Positions 8,104 through 17,776 of a stretch of 64,000 bases of DNA are shown here, one piece after another. This DNA is from an uncultured Candidatus Poseidoniales archaeon. Lineage in GTDB: Archaea; Thermoplasmatota; Poseidoniia; Poseidoniales; Thalassarchaeaceae. The stretch is taken from assembly GCA_902560445.1 (NCBI GenBank), contig CACELO010000004.1, positions 9,170-73,169 on the forward strand. The letters run 5' to 3'. Positions within the stretch are counted from its first letter, which is position 1; every line of letters starts with the position of its first letter. The notes beneath the pieces are model-generated. The model had not been told where the DNA came from, ran no database searches, and saw nothing but the letters and a program-made list of their open reading frames with translations. The position numbers were made by a program, and so were the translations under genes.

Positions 8104-9255
8104 GTGTCAGATACTCCACCTGTGCGTACTGCGTTGTATGCTTGCCATCTAGAGTCAGAAGCGAAGATGGTTGATTTCCACGGATTTGAGTTACCGATAT
8201 GGTATTCTTCAATCCAAGAGGAACATCTTGCATGCAGATCCTCAGCCGGAATGTTTGACGTTTCACACATGGGGTTGTTCTCCTTTAATGGCGCCAAAGT
8301 CAGACAGTGGCTCGAGAGTATATCAACTCAGAGAGTTTCTTCATTTTCTTCCGGTCGCTGTGGTTACACACACTTTCTTGACCACGATGGACAAATAATC
8401 GATGACATGATTTTCGCGATAAAATCAGATGATTGCGTATTAGGAGTACCAAATGCCTCTATGGTTTCAACTATGTGGGATTGGTTCAGTGGATTGCTAC
8501 CTGAAGATGGCTCGGTAACTATAGAGAACCTATCAGAGGAGACCAGTATAATCGCTCTTCAAGGGCCAAATGCGTCAGAAATTCTTGATACAGCATTGGG
8601 CGATGAAAATAGTATTGGAAGATTCAAGTGTCAGGAAATAGCTTCCAATGATGCAGGAATTACTGGTTGGATTCAAGGGACAGGTTACACCGGTGAGAGT
8701 GGCGCAGAGATTTTTGTTCCAAACGAACAGGCAGGCTTACTGTGGAATCTACTTCTCAAGTCTGGTCGCCCTCACGGTTTGGTTCCGGTCGGACTGGGTG
8801 CTAGAGATACTCTTAGGCTTGAGAAAGGCTACTTATTATCAGGTCAAGACTTCCTCTGGCCGGGTTTAGGAATACATCCTGATGAATCGTTACCTTCTGA
8901 ATTCCTTACCCGTGATACAGCCGAAACAGCAGTCCCCTTTGGCCTAGATATGAATCACGAATTTGTTGGTCGCAGTCGTGTTCTATCATCACTAGAATCG
9001 GGAGTGAAGTGGCATGGTCTTCGGTGTCTTGATAGAGGCCCTGCGCCTCGATTAGGGCACGCCATTAAATTGTCTGATGACGACGAATCTGCAATACTGG
9101 GATATGTGACTAGTGGCTGCCCTTCTCCTTCTCTATCTAGAACAGGAATAGCCATGGCTTACCTTGAGAACGTCGAAATTGGTTCAGAGGTTTGGATCCA
9201 AGCCAGCCCAAGAAGGCGAATAAGGGCAGAAATAGTACGCCCACCCTTCGTTTGA
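8104..9255 (+). CDS. gcvT: Glycine cleavage system T protein (aminomethyltransferase)
   Basis: 383-aa ORF with a GTG start. N-terminus TALYACHLESEAKMVDFHGFELPIWYSSIQEEHLACRSSAGMFDVSHMG is the canonical GcvT opening. Confidence 0.93.
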   Translation: MSDTPPVRTALYACHLESEAKMVDFHGFELPIWYSSIQEEHLACRSSAGMFDVSHMGLFSFNGAKVRQWLESISTQRVSSFSSGRCGYTHFLDHDGQIIDDMIFAIKSDDCVLGVPNASMVSTMWDWFSGLLPEDGSVTIENLSEETSIIALQGPNASEILDTALGDENSIGRFKCQEIASNDAGITGWIQGTGYTGESGAEIFVPNEQAGLLWNLLLKSGRPHGLVPVGLGARDTLRLEKGYLLSGQDFLWPGLGIHPDESLPSEFLTRDTAETAVPFGLDMNHEFVGRSRVLSSLESGVKWHGLRCLDRGPAPRLGHAIKLSDDDESAILGYVTSGCPSPSLSRTGIAMAYLENVEIGSEVWIQASPRRRIRAEIVRPPFV

Positions 9256-9342
9256 ATTTCGATAGAATTCAGGTCGAGAATCCACCTCGCGCCGGCGTAA
9301 TCCTCTTGACCACTACTGACCAGCGAGTAATTAGGTGGACAT

Positions 9343-11148
9343 ATGAGTGCAAGATTTGAAGCGGTCGCACTTAAGAAACTACAAGAGATTATTCAGGAAA
9401 AAGGAATTAGTGCTGAGGCAATATTCTCTAAATTCGATATCAACAATGATGGAAGTTTGGACGTCCAAGAATTCAAGCAGGCAATATCATCATTAACAGG
9501 CCAAAATGCTCCTGATGCAATAATTAGAGCAGTCTTCTCGGCTCTCGATAGCGATGGTGATAACGCACTCGATCTCGCTGAACTTCTAGCTTTAGCTGGT
9601 GGTGGACAGGCTGGAACTGTCACTGGAGATATCAATGAAATTACTATTCAAGGACACACTGTTCCAGAATACAATGGCGGTTATCTTCGTGGGGAGGATA
9701 TTAATGGTCAACCAAGTTTTTCCAAGCCCTCAGGCCATACTCTTTACTTCTACAATATGTCAGCTGGAGGCGCTAAGTCTTGGAGCTTGCATAAACGTCG
9801 AACAGATGGTAGTAAAGATCACTATGATGGTGGATGGACTAGACCCCCCTCCGCCGGAGGTCTTCCCTTAGGTGCAAGAAGGTGGGTAGGCGTTGGCATG
9901 CTCACGATTACTGCAATTGGCGATCGATTAACTCCTAATGCCGAGGAAGCGGAAAATGAAGACACAACAGATATTCGAATTGAATTGGAAAAAGGAAGGT
10001 ACAAGTCAAATGAGTCTATACTGGTTAATTTCACGGGTCCTACATTAGGTTCTGATTCATGGTTGGGTGTTGTGCCTGCAAATATAAAGCATGGCGATTC
10101 TTCTGTAAATAGATTCAATCGTTTGTCGTATTTTGATATGGAGGGGCAATCGATTGGAACTCATATTTTCGAAAACCCAGGGGAGGGCGATTGGACAATC
10201 AGAATGAATGATGGTTCTGGCGATGAACTTGCTTATGTTGAGTTTAGCGTTGATTTGGCTGAAGTGGAAGAAATAAGCCCAATTCCAGTGGAGTCTTCGG
10301 AAGCCAATCTAGAATCCACCTCCAAAGATGGATTAAACGCCGTAGATAAGATAATGTCAGATTTTGGACCTGAATTCACTAACGATCTTGAGAGCTTACT
10401 TTCTAATCCAAACCAAAGCCTAGATGAGACTAGAGCAGCAGCGGACGAAATGGCTGAAGAGAAGATACGTGATTTACCATTCTTATTCCAATCTCCAGCG
10501 AGGCGAATGTGGTCAAATAATGCCGATTCAATCCTTGCAAAGATGGTGGAAAATTTACCTCCTCCGGAGGATTTGGCAAAGGCTGCTGCTGTTGCTAGTG
10601 CAGTAGGTGTAGGTGCCGCAACAGTAGCCACTCAGGCCGGATTGGATGCACAAACTCCGGAAGAGGCAATCGTAAATGCGGTAGTTAATACCGTTGTAGA
10701 AAATACTGCCGAAGTAGTGTTGGATACTGTATCTCCTTCATATGAATCGGCACCAGAGACAACATCCTCGATTGAGGTTGTAAAGGATACTGAAGCAAAT
10801 ACAACAATCGAATCAAGCGTTCTAGACTTGCTTGCTATTTCCACAGCATTGAATGAATCACGCTATCTTAACGACCAAGTCGAAATTATCGAATCGGTAA
10901 GCGGTAAAATCGCTAACGCGTCAGTACTAGTAGACAAACTTGAGAGAACCTTCTCTATTGGAATCGACGATGAATATCGAGGAGGTCAGACAATAATTGG
11001 TAGCATAGATGGAGTAGGGGAAGTTGAGGTTCACCTGAAGGCATCAACTGATATTTCTTCTATTACAGTAAACAATAATTCTGACTTCGCTCTCTCAGTC
11101 CATAAGTGGAATGGAATAAGAAAGAGATTGGAATTGTATGCTCAATGA
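9343..11148 (+). CDS. EF-hand pair protein, otherwise uncharacterised
   Basis: 601-aa ORF. GGTGG lies 4 nt upstream of the ATG. Two canonical 12-residue Ca loops, DINNDGSLDVQE and DSDGDNALDLAE. No signal peptide. I do not recognise the remainder. Confidence 0.7.
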   Translation: MSARFEAVALKKLQEIIQEKGISAEAIFSKFDINNDGSLDVQEFKQAISSLTGQNAPDAIIRAVFSALDSDGDNALDLAELLALAGGGQAGTVTGDINEITIQGHTVPEYNGGYLRGEDINGQPSFSKPSGHTLYFYNMSAGGAKSWSLHKRRTDGSKDHYDGGWTRPPSAGGLPLGARRWVGVGMLTITAIGDRLTPNAEEAENEDTTDIRIELEKGRYKSNESILVNFTGPTLGSDSWLGVVPANIKHGDSSVNRFNRLSYFDMEGQSIGTHIFENPGEGDWTIRMNDGSGDELAYVEFSVDLAEVEEISPIPVESSEANLESTSKDGLNAVDKIMSDFGPEFTNDLESLLSNPNQSLDETRAAADEMAEEKIRDLPFLFQSPARRMWSNNADSILAKMVENLPPPEDLAKAAAVASAVGVGAATVATQAGLDAQTPEEAIVNAVVNTVVENTAEVVLDTVSPSYESAPETTSSIEVVKDTEANTTIESSVLDLLAISTALNESRYLNDQVEIIESVSGKIANASVLVDKLERTFSIGIDDEYRGGQTIIGSIDGVGEVEVHLKASTDISSITVNNNSDFALSVHKWNGIRKRLELYAQ

Positions 11149-11987
11149 CCTGCGAATTCGAAAGCTTCCTCTAGCATTTCTTCTAAGCTGATTTGAGGTG
11201 AGAAGCCTAACCGCATCTCTAGATCTCTGGCGTCTACAATGCCGAACACTTCTTGCGAATCATCCTGACCATATTCTGATTCACACCCGGTCTTTTGATT
11301 GTAAATCGCAGCAAGGTCAGTCATACTGATTGCCTTACCTGAACCAACGGAGATGCTCTCGCGAGTAGGGGGTGGATTCTCCAAAACAGCACCGATTATT
11401 GACACTAGGTCTTGTACGTGAACGAAATCTTTCACATCTGAGCCATCTCCAGGGATGTTTACCCAGCCCATCATACATTCCATTGCCCATCGATGTAGTA
11501 ATCCATTGCCTTCTGAACCATCGAGAAGAACACCTTGTACGTTTGAAGCCCGAATAATGCTAACCGGCCTCTCGGCTTGGGCTCTCTCTAGTGCCGTTTC
11601 TTCCATCCATAATTGTCCTTCAGCTGCAGTATCCCTAGGAGATAGAGTTGAATCATATCCATAGTACGGCTCATCGGGCTCCCACTGCGGGTGAACTCTG
11701 AGAGTTCCAACGATGATTAGGTGCAATTCACCATGACGATCTACAGCATCTAGAATCGGCCTTGATTGCTCACGCATCCTAAGTAACGTTTCTCGGTCAT
11801 CTCTACCAAAAGCAGAGTCTGTTGGTTTTGAATTAATGTGAACGATTGCAGTGCAGGATGTAAGCAATGCATCCAGCGTCATTGAGTCTTCCATAGCCTC
11901 TGGTGGGATCTCAACAGCCGCATCTCCAAGCATCTCGAAAATATATGGAGCAACGAAGCGGTCGGGTGCGCTAACAGCGACCTTCAT
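11142..11987 (-). CDS. Atypical (probably non-catalytic) extended-SDR / NAD-dependent epimerase-dehydratase-fold protein
   Basis: The ORF track gives 11142-12065. I prefer the ATG at 11987 (MKVAVSAP...), which is preceded by GGTGAT 4 nt upstream. C-terminal half IIRASNVQGV...DVKDFVHVQDLV is epimerase-like. The GxxGxxG and YxxxK motifs are not recognisable. Confidence 0.55.
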   Translation of the reverse strand: MKVAVSAPDRFVAPYIFEMLGDAAVEIPPEAMEDSMTLDALLTSCTAIVHINSKPTDSAFGRDDRETLLRMREQSRPILDAVDRHGELHLIIVGTLRVHPQWEPDEPYYGYDSTLSPRDTAAEGQLWMEETALERAQAERPVSIIRASNVQGVLLDGSEGNGLLHRWAMECMMGWVNIPGDGSDVKDFVHVQDLVSIIGAVLENPPPTRESISVGSGKAISMTDLAAIYNQKTGCESEYGQDDSQEVFGIVDARDLEMRLGFSPQISLEEMLEEAFEFAGH

Positions 11988-12119
11988 TGTATCACCAATA
12001 CTCGACCTTCTTCCATAACCTAAGAGTGTGTCGGTAAATAGTGTTTGATTTGTTGAAGCAATCATTGAAGCACCACCCGCAATTCAGAAGACACGCCCAA
12101 GGGCTAGAGGTGAGCGTCA

Positions 12120-13487
12120 ATGGACCAATTACCAAATTTAGGTAGAGAGCAAGAGATGCTTGATTCAATGGGTCTCAAGTCGATTGATGACCTATTTTCG
12201 GACATACCAGAAGATGTCCGTAGAATGGACCCTCTACCTCTTCGAGGGCCACAATCAGAAGAAGAAATTTGGGCTGATGCACAACATTTGCTAGGAGCCA
12301 ACATAGACCTTGACTCCAGACCCTCCTTCCTTTCTGCAGGTTTGGCTCGAAACTTCGTTCCAACCATGGTGCCTATGCTTGCAACTCGGGGAGAGTTCCT
12401 GACCTCCTACACTCCTTACCAACCTGAGGTCAGCCAAGGGATGCTACAGGCGATGTGGGAATTCCAAACGATGGTATCAGAATTAGTAGGATTGCCAGTA
12501 TCAAATGTCTCGATGTATGATGCTAGCACAGCAGCTGCAGAAGCCATAACTACTGCTGTTAGGGTAAAAGGACGCAAAGCGACTCAGAAAGGAGTTGTAT
12601 ACGTCTCACAATTTGTACCACCTCATCGATTGTCTGTAATAGAAAATTATACCCAAGGCGTTGGTATAGAATTGCGTACTCTTGAACATAATTCTGATGG
12701 TATGGTAAACCTAGAAGCCGCCTCAGTGGCAGCAGGTGCTTGTGCTGTTTACGTCGAACAACCGAATGCCTTTGGGGAACTTGATGAAGGAATCACCCAG
12801 ATGAAGGAAATAATCGGTGAAAATACTGCCTTAATCATCGGTGTTGATGCTGTCTCTCTCGGTATAGTGGAGGCGCCTGGAAATTATGGTGCCGATATCG
12901 TAGTCGGAGAAGGTCAGCCATTCGGCATCGGTCCTACTGCAGGAGGTCCAATCTACGGGCTATTTGCCTGTAAGAAGGACTACCTTCGGCTAATGCCAGG
13001 AAGAATTGTTGGGAAAACTCTAGACGAAGATGGCAACGATGCTTTCACTCTGACTCTGTCTACCCGCGAGCAACATATTCGCCGCCATCGAGCAACGTCG
13101 AATATTTGTTCAAATGAAACCCTCATTGCTTTGATGGGAGCAATGCATATGGCATTGCTTGGACCAGAGGGTTTGGAAAAATTAGCTCTCCGTGTTGCAG
13201 CGACAACAGAAGTTACCAAGCAAGCCATAAGCGGAATTCCTGGAGTCGAATTAGTAGACCCAAATACACCTAATTTCCGTGAGTTTGCAGTAAAGTTACC
13301 GGGTAATGCTGCTGATGCAGTCGCTCACATGGATGCAGCAGGAGTTCTTGGTGGATTTCCTATGGGTGAATGGTGGGATTCAATGTCATCGTACTTGCTA
13401 ATTGGTTGTGACGAGCGTACTACGCAATCGGATATTGACGCCCTAGTATCGGCTCTCACGGCTTGGGTTGAGGAGGTGTCTGCATGA
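12120..13487 (+). CDS. gcvPA: Glycine dehydrogenase (decarboxylating) subunit 1
   Basis: 455-aa ORF. GAGGTGA lies upstream of the ATG. N-terminus ...EQEMLDSMGLKSIDDLFSDIPEDVR and SYTPYQPEVSQGMLQAMWEFQ are typical of GcvPA. Confidence 0.95.
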   Translation: MDQLPNLGREQEMLDSMGLKSIDDLFSDIPEDVRRMDPLPLRGPQSEEEIWADAQHLLGANIDLDSRPSFLSAGLARNFVPTMVPMLATRGEFLTSYTPYQPEVSQGMLQAMWEFQTMVSELVGLPVSNVSMYDASTAAAEAITTAVRVKGRKATQKGVVYVSQFVPPHRLSVIENYTQGVGIELRTLEHNSDGMVNLEAASVAAGACAVYVEQPNAFGELDEGITQMKEIIGENTALIIGVDAVSLGIVEAPGNYGADIVVGEGQPFGIGPTAGGPIYGLFACKKDYLRLMPGRIVGKTLDEDGNDAFTLTLSTREQHIRRHRATSNICSNETLIALMGAMHMALLGPEGLEKLALRVAATTEVTKQAISGIPGVELVDPNTPNFREFAVKLPGNAADAVAHMDAAGVLGGFPMGEWWDSMSSYLLIGCDERTTQSDIDALVSALTAWVEEVSA

Positions 13488-14980
13488 GTGAAATCTTCGA
13501 TTTTAACGGAGCTAAGGGATCCGGCTGGTCGCAACCGGAACCAATGAAGAAGGATGCGATAAACACTGTTCCGAGCTCTTTACGCCGTAGTACACTTCCC
13601 AGATGGCCTCGAGCCAGTGAGCCAGAATTAGTCCGTCATTACACATGGTTATCGCAACGTAATTTTGGAATAGACACTGGATTTTATCCACTAGGATCCT
13701 GTACAATGAAGCACAATCCAAGAATCAACGAGAGGATTGTTCAACTGCCCGGAATCGATAGGATACATCCCTTACAGCCGGAACATCAAATCCAAGGTTT
13801 ACTCTCGATTTTCTATGAGATGCAAGAAATGTTGGAAATTTGTGCCGGTATGGACCAAGTCACCCTACAACCAGTTGCCGGCGCGCAAGGCGAGTTTACC
13901 GCGATTCGATGTATTCAAGAATACCATCGCCAAAATGGCGATATTCAAAGAGACAAAGTAATCGTACCTGATTCCGCTCATGGCACAAACCCCGCATCGG
14001 CTGCGATGTGTGGTTACGAAATTGTTGAGATTCCAAGTGGCGACGACGGTCGCTTAGACCTAGATGCGCTAAGAGCGGCGGTCGGAGAAGACACAGCCGC
14101 GATGATGATTACCAATCCAAGCACACTAGGAATCTTTGAGCCAGATATTGCCGAGGCGGCAGAGATAGTCCACACGGCTGGTGGACAAATGTACTATGAT
14201 GGTGCCAATTTCAATGCAATTCTAGGTAAGACTGACCCCGGTAGAATGGGATTCGATGCGGTACACTACAATCTTCACAAGACCTTCAGCCAGCCCCATG
14301 GAGGAGGGGGTCCTGGAAGTGGTCCAATCGGAGTCAAGTCCCATCTGGCCGATTTCCTTCCATCCCCAATTGCAGATAGAGAAGAAACAGAAGATGGGGG
14401 AGCTACAGGAGATGGTTACCGCTACTTTTGGCGAACCCCACCCAATTCTATCGGTAAGGTACAGCAGTGGCATGGGAATTCCGGCGCAGTTGTTCGAGCA
14501 TGGGCATACTATCGCCGCTATGGTAGAGAATTGGAATTGATGAGTGAGCATGCTGTTCTGAATGCTAATTATCTCCGACATCAAATTATGAATCCAAACC
14601 AAGAACATCAGAAGTCCATTCACTCAATGCCGGTTGATGGGGCGCCCACAGAGGTAGTAAAGCACGAGTTTACTCTGAGCATGATGCCGCTAAAGGAAAC
14701 TACTGGAGTTACCGGAAAGGACATTGCAAAACGACTACTCGACTATGGTTACATGTCTCCAACCCTTTACTTCCCAATGATAGTACCAGAATGTTTGATG
14801 ATAGAACCAACCGAAACCGAAAGTCGAGAAGTATTGGATAAATTTGCCGAGGATTTCCTGACAATTCTTTCAGAAGATCCTGAGGTGATTCAAACAGCCC
14901 CTCACACCACAGATGTTAGGCGTGTAGATGAGGTACTTGCAGCCAGAACCCTGGTTTTGCGTAAAGAATTCGAGGATTAA
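13484..14980 (+). CDS. gcvPB: Glycine dehydrogenase (decarboxylating) subunit 2
   Basis: 498-aa ORF. ATGA start/stop overlap with gcvPA. GSCTMKHNPR, and the PLP-lysine region NLHKTFSQPHGGGGPG. Confidence 0.95.
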   Translation: MSEIFDFNGAKGSGWSQPEPMKKDAINTVPSSLRRSTLPRWPRASEPELVRHYTWLSQRNFGIDTGFYPLGSCTMKHNPRINERIVQLPGIDRIHPLQPEHQIQGLLSIFYEMQEMLEICAGMDQVTLQPVAGAQGEFTAIRCIQEYHRQNGDIQRDKVIVPDSAHGTNPASAAMCGYEIVEIPSGDDGRLDLDALRAAVGEDTAAMMITNPSTLGIFEPDIAEAAEIVHTAGGQMYYDGANFNAILGKTDPGRMGFDAVHYNLHKTFSQPHGGGGPGSGPIGVKSHLADFLPSPIADREETEDGGATGDGYRYFWRTPPNSIGKVQQWHGNSGAVVRAWAYYRRYGRELELMSEHAVLNANYLRHQIMNPNQEHQKSIHSMPVDGAPTEVVKHEFTLSMMPLKETTGVTGKDIAKRLLDYGYMSPTLYFPMIVPECLMIEPTETESREVLDKFAEDFLTILSEDPEVIQTAPHTTDVRRVDEVLAARTLVLRKEFED

Positions 14981-15002
14981 TATCAGGGACAGATATCAAT
15001 CT

Positions 15003-15899
15003 ATGCGAACCAAATACGAGCAACCCGACCGGACAGTCGTGCAGGCGGCTCGCGACTCAGACTGGTTGAGGGGTGAATCTCGTTGGTATCCTGCTAGCGA
15101 GTCCACTCCTGCGCATCTGGAAGGAGAAGAAAACCCAGGGAAAAATTGGGAATCAGCCTCAATTTCAGAAGTTACTAGAGGTTGGATGAGACAGAGATTA
15201 AATCCTCTGGGTCCAAGAATATTGTATACAACAGCATGGGCTCCGTTTTTCCTAATCACTTCGGTCTTACCTCTAGCATTTCCAGATCGTACTCCGGATG
15301 ACCAATTGGTAGCAGTATCATTGTTCTCAGTTAGCTGGTTTCTATTGTTAGTTGGTTTTCGTAGATTGCAAGATGGTTTACCAATTGCAGTTGAGGGGTT
15401 ATCGAAAAAATTCTATCCTTTTGACATTTCACTAATTCTTCCAGCTGTAATAATTTTCCCATTACATATCTTCGTCGATAGCCGCTTGGGTTGGCTTTCC
15501 TTTCTGCTTTTTGCCATCGCCCAATACCGGACCATACAGAACATAATCTCAGTGGCCGGTCAGAACTCTGCTCAATGGCTTCTTCCAATCGATCCAGAAG
15601 ACTACTCAGAAGAATTGCTAACTGGGGGTTGGATAGGTGTTTCAATTAATTTCAGAAACGGTACACTTGCACGATGGGGAGATGAACTTCCTGAATATAA
15701 AGCGAATTTAATTGGATTAACTCGAGGCGATTCAAGTTTTGTGGCATTCACTCTTATGCATCGTGTAGGTATAATACATGATGCTTTTTCTGACACATTT
15801 GTTTCCGACTCTCGCTTTGAATCTCTTCTATTATCACCGCCTTTGGTGATTGCTGGTGAGGCATGGCCAGAGAGGTTCCTTGCAACAACTGATGAGTAG
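15003..15899 (+). CDS. Hypothetical polytopic membrane protein
   Basis: The ORF track start at 14928 would overlap gcvPB by 53 nt. The in-frame ATG at 15003 removes the overlap. Several hydrophobic segments are present (APFFLITSVLPLAF, VSLFSVSWFLLLVGF, LILPAVIIFPLHIF, WLSFLLFAIA). Confidence 0.5.
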   Translation: MRTKYEQPDRTVVQAARDSDWLRGESRWYPASESTPAHLEGEENPGKNWESASISEVTRGWMRQRLNPLGPRILYTTAWAPFFLITSVLPLAFPDRTPDDQLVAVSLFSVSWFLLLVGFRRLQDGLPIAVEGLSKKFYPFDISLILPAVIIFPLHIFVDSRLGWLSFLLFAIAQYRTIQNIISVAGQNSAQWLLPIDPEDYSEELLTGGWIGVSINFRNGTLARWGDELPEYKANLIGLTRGDSSFVAFTLMHRVGIIHDAFSDTFVSDSRFESLLLSPPLVIAGEAWPERFLATTDE

Positions 15900-15942
15900 A
15901 TTTTGCAGTCGTTGCTTTCGGCAGGCATTTTAACCGACCGTT

Positions 15943-16428
15943 ATGCGCTGTAGCATGGACATATGTGTTGTTCTCGGTTCTAAGTCAGACATGCCAATCG
16001 CTGAGAAATGCAGAGGGGTGCTGGAAAAGTTCAATGTCAGCTACCAAATTAGAGTTGCGTCGGCCCATCGGGCTCCCAAATATTTAGAAGGAATAATTGA
16101 GAAAGCAGAGGCCGATGGCTGTCAGGTTTTCATTGGAATGGCTGGTGTTGCGGCTGCCCTCCCTGGAGTTATCGCCTCAATGACCAATAAGCCAGTAATC
16201 GGCGTTCCTGTTGGTGGTAAGGTTCCTCTTGACTCGCTACTATCTATTGTTCAAATGCCGCCGGGAATGCCTGTGGCAACTGTAGGTGTTGACCGTGGAG
16301 ATAATGCAGGAGCTTTGGCTGTACAAATTCTTGCTACCTCCAATGATTCCCTAACCGCAGTCTATGCCGATTATAGGTCGGCTATGACTGCAAAAGTCAT
16401 TTCAGATGATGAGTCTATTCAGGGGTGA
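15943..16428 (+). CDS. purE: N5-carboxyaminoimidazole ribonucleotide mutase
   Basis: 161-aa [14 protein letters not shown]...RVASAHRAP...[28 protein letters not shown] is the PurE signature. Confidence 0.95.
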   Translation: MRCSMDICVVLGSKSDMPIAEKCRGVLEKFNVSYQIRVASAHRAPKYLEGIIEKAEADGCQVFIGMAGVAAALPGVIASMTNKPVIGVPVGGKVPLDSLLSIVQMPPGMPVATVGVDRGDNAGALAVQILATSNDSLTAVYADYRSAMTAKVISDDESIQG

Positions 16429-16436
16429 AGTCATTG

Positions 16437-17381
16437 ATGAACACCCAGATGCTAGTCGATGAGGCTATCGAAGCTCTGGAATCGCAAATTAATGACACTG
16501 CAATCATTGCCTGTTCAGGCGGTATTGACAGCACGGTTGCTGCGGTCTTAGCCCACCGTGCTGTGGGGAGCCTTCTGCATTGTGTCTATGTCGATACTGG
16601 ATTTATGCGTAAAGGAGAGACAGAAGAAGTTCGTGAGATGTTCAAGGAAATGGGAATTGATTTACAGGTCGTCGATGCTTCCAATCGCTTCTTTACCAAC
16701 TTAGAAGGAGTTACAGATCCCGAAGAAAAGCGTAAGGTCATTGGTGAACAATTCATTCGCGTATTCGAGGAAGAACAGAGCAACTGCGGGGCAAAATTTC
16801 TGGTTCAGGGAACTATTGCTCCAGATTGGATCGAGTCAGGTGGTGGTGAGCGAGACGTCATCAAGAGTCACCACAATGTAGGAGGATTACCTGAAGATGT
16901 TGATTTGAAAATTGTTGAACCTCTACGAGAATTTTACAAAGATGAGATTCGTCAAATCGCTAGAGAACTTGGTATCAAGTCAAGTGAAAGGCAACCATTC
17001 CCTGGTCCTGGATTGGCGGTTAGAGTACTCGGAGACTTAACTCGGCCTCGTGTTGAGGCCTGTCGTGAAGCCTGCCATATTGTTGAGACTCGACTAAGTG
17101 AGGCAGCGGATGAAGGAAAATGTGACCTTCCTTGGCAATACTTTGCCGCTCTCCTACCTGTTCGTTCCGTAGGTGTTCATGGCGATGCTCGAGTACATGG
17201 TGAAACAGTAGTTGTACGCGCAGTGACAAGTCTCGACGGTATGTCCGCACGTTACTCTCCAATACCACATGATGTGCTTGCGGGAATTAGTACTGAGATT
17301 ACTAATTCGTTGAAGGGACAGGTGAACAGAGTAGTTTATGACATTACTCACAAACCACCTGGAACCATAGAATGGGAGTGA
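16437..17381 (+). CDS. guaA: GMP synthase (glutamine-hydrolysing) subunit B, ATP pyrophosphatase domain only
   Basis: PP-loop SGGIDSTV, plus KSHHNVGGLPE and the C-terminal dimerisation domain ending PPGTIEWE. The ORF track starts at GTG 16425. I prefer ATG 16437, which has GGGGTGA 8 nt upstream. There is no GATase domain, so the enzyme is split in the archaeal manner. Confidence 0.92.
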   Translation: MNTQMLVDEAIEALESQINDTAIIACSGGIDSTVAAVLAHRAVGSLLHCVYVDTGFMRKGETEEVREMFKEMGIDLQVVDASNRFFTNLEGVTDPEEKRKVIGEQFIRVFEEEQSNCGAKFLVQGTIAPDWIESGGGERDVIKSHHNVGGLPEDVDLKIVEPLREFYKDEIRQIARELGIKSSERQPFPGPGLAVRVLGDLTRPRVEACREACHIVETRLSEAADEGKCDLPWQYFAALLPVRSVGVHGDARVHGETVVVRAVTSLDGMSARYSPIPHDVLAGISTEITNSLKGQVNRVVYDITHKPPGTIEWE

Positions 17382-17391
17382 TTTTTTGGAA

Positions 17392-17652
17392 ATGGAGGGT
17401 ACAACCTTCCAACTTAAAGTTTGGAATGAATTACTCAAAATTCCATATGGAGAAGTTAGAACCTACAAACAAATTGCCATTACCATAGGCCGTCCAAGAT
17501 CATCTAGAGCAGTTGCTAATGCCTGTGCTTCGAATCCATATGCCCCTATGGTCCCCTGCCATCGTGTAATTTGTAGTGATGGTTCTATTGGAGGTTATAG
17601 TGGAGATGGCGGAGTTGCAACCAAACGCAAATTACTAGATTCTGAGTCTTGA
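17392..17652 (+). CDS. ogt: Methylated-DNA-protein-cysteine methyltransferase, C-terminal (active-site) domain only
   Basis: The PCHRV active-site motif is present (VPCHRVICSDGSIGGYSG), preceded by the helix-turn-helix YGEVRTYKQIA. The product is about 86 aa, with no N-terminal domain. ATG at 17392 is preferred over TTG 17386. Confidence 0.85.
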   Translation: MEGTTFQLKVWNELLKIPYGEVRTYKQIAITIGRPRSSRAVANACASNPYAPMVPCHRVICSDGSIGGYSGDGGVATKRKLLDSES

Positions 17653-17699
17653 CATTACAGCCGATTGATTGATGAATGAATGTTCCAGCCGCAGACTGG

Positions 17700-17775
17700 G
17701 CCGACATAGCTTAGTTGGTGGAGCGGCGGACTGTTAATCCGCAGGTCGCAGGTTCGAGTCCTGCTGTCGGCGCCA
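17700..17775 (+). tRNA. tRNA-Asn (anticodon GTT), CCA encoded
   Basis: Hand fold. Acceptor GCCGACA/TGTCGGC. Anticodon stem GCGGA/TCCGC with loop CTGTTAA. T-arm GCAGG-TTCGAGT-CCTGC. Discriminator G followed by CCA. Confidence 0.95.
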
Positions 17776-17776
17776 C

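Noticed and set aside
14928-15002. 5' extension of the membrane-protein ORF overlapping gcvPB by 53 nt.
   Set aside because: The in-frame ATG at 15003 just after the gcvPB stop gives a conventional arrangement. The extension encodes no plausible signal or TM.
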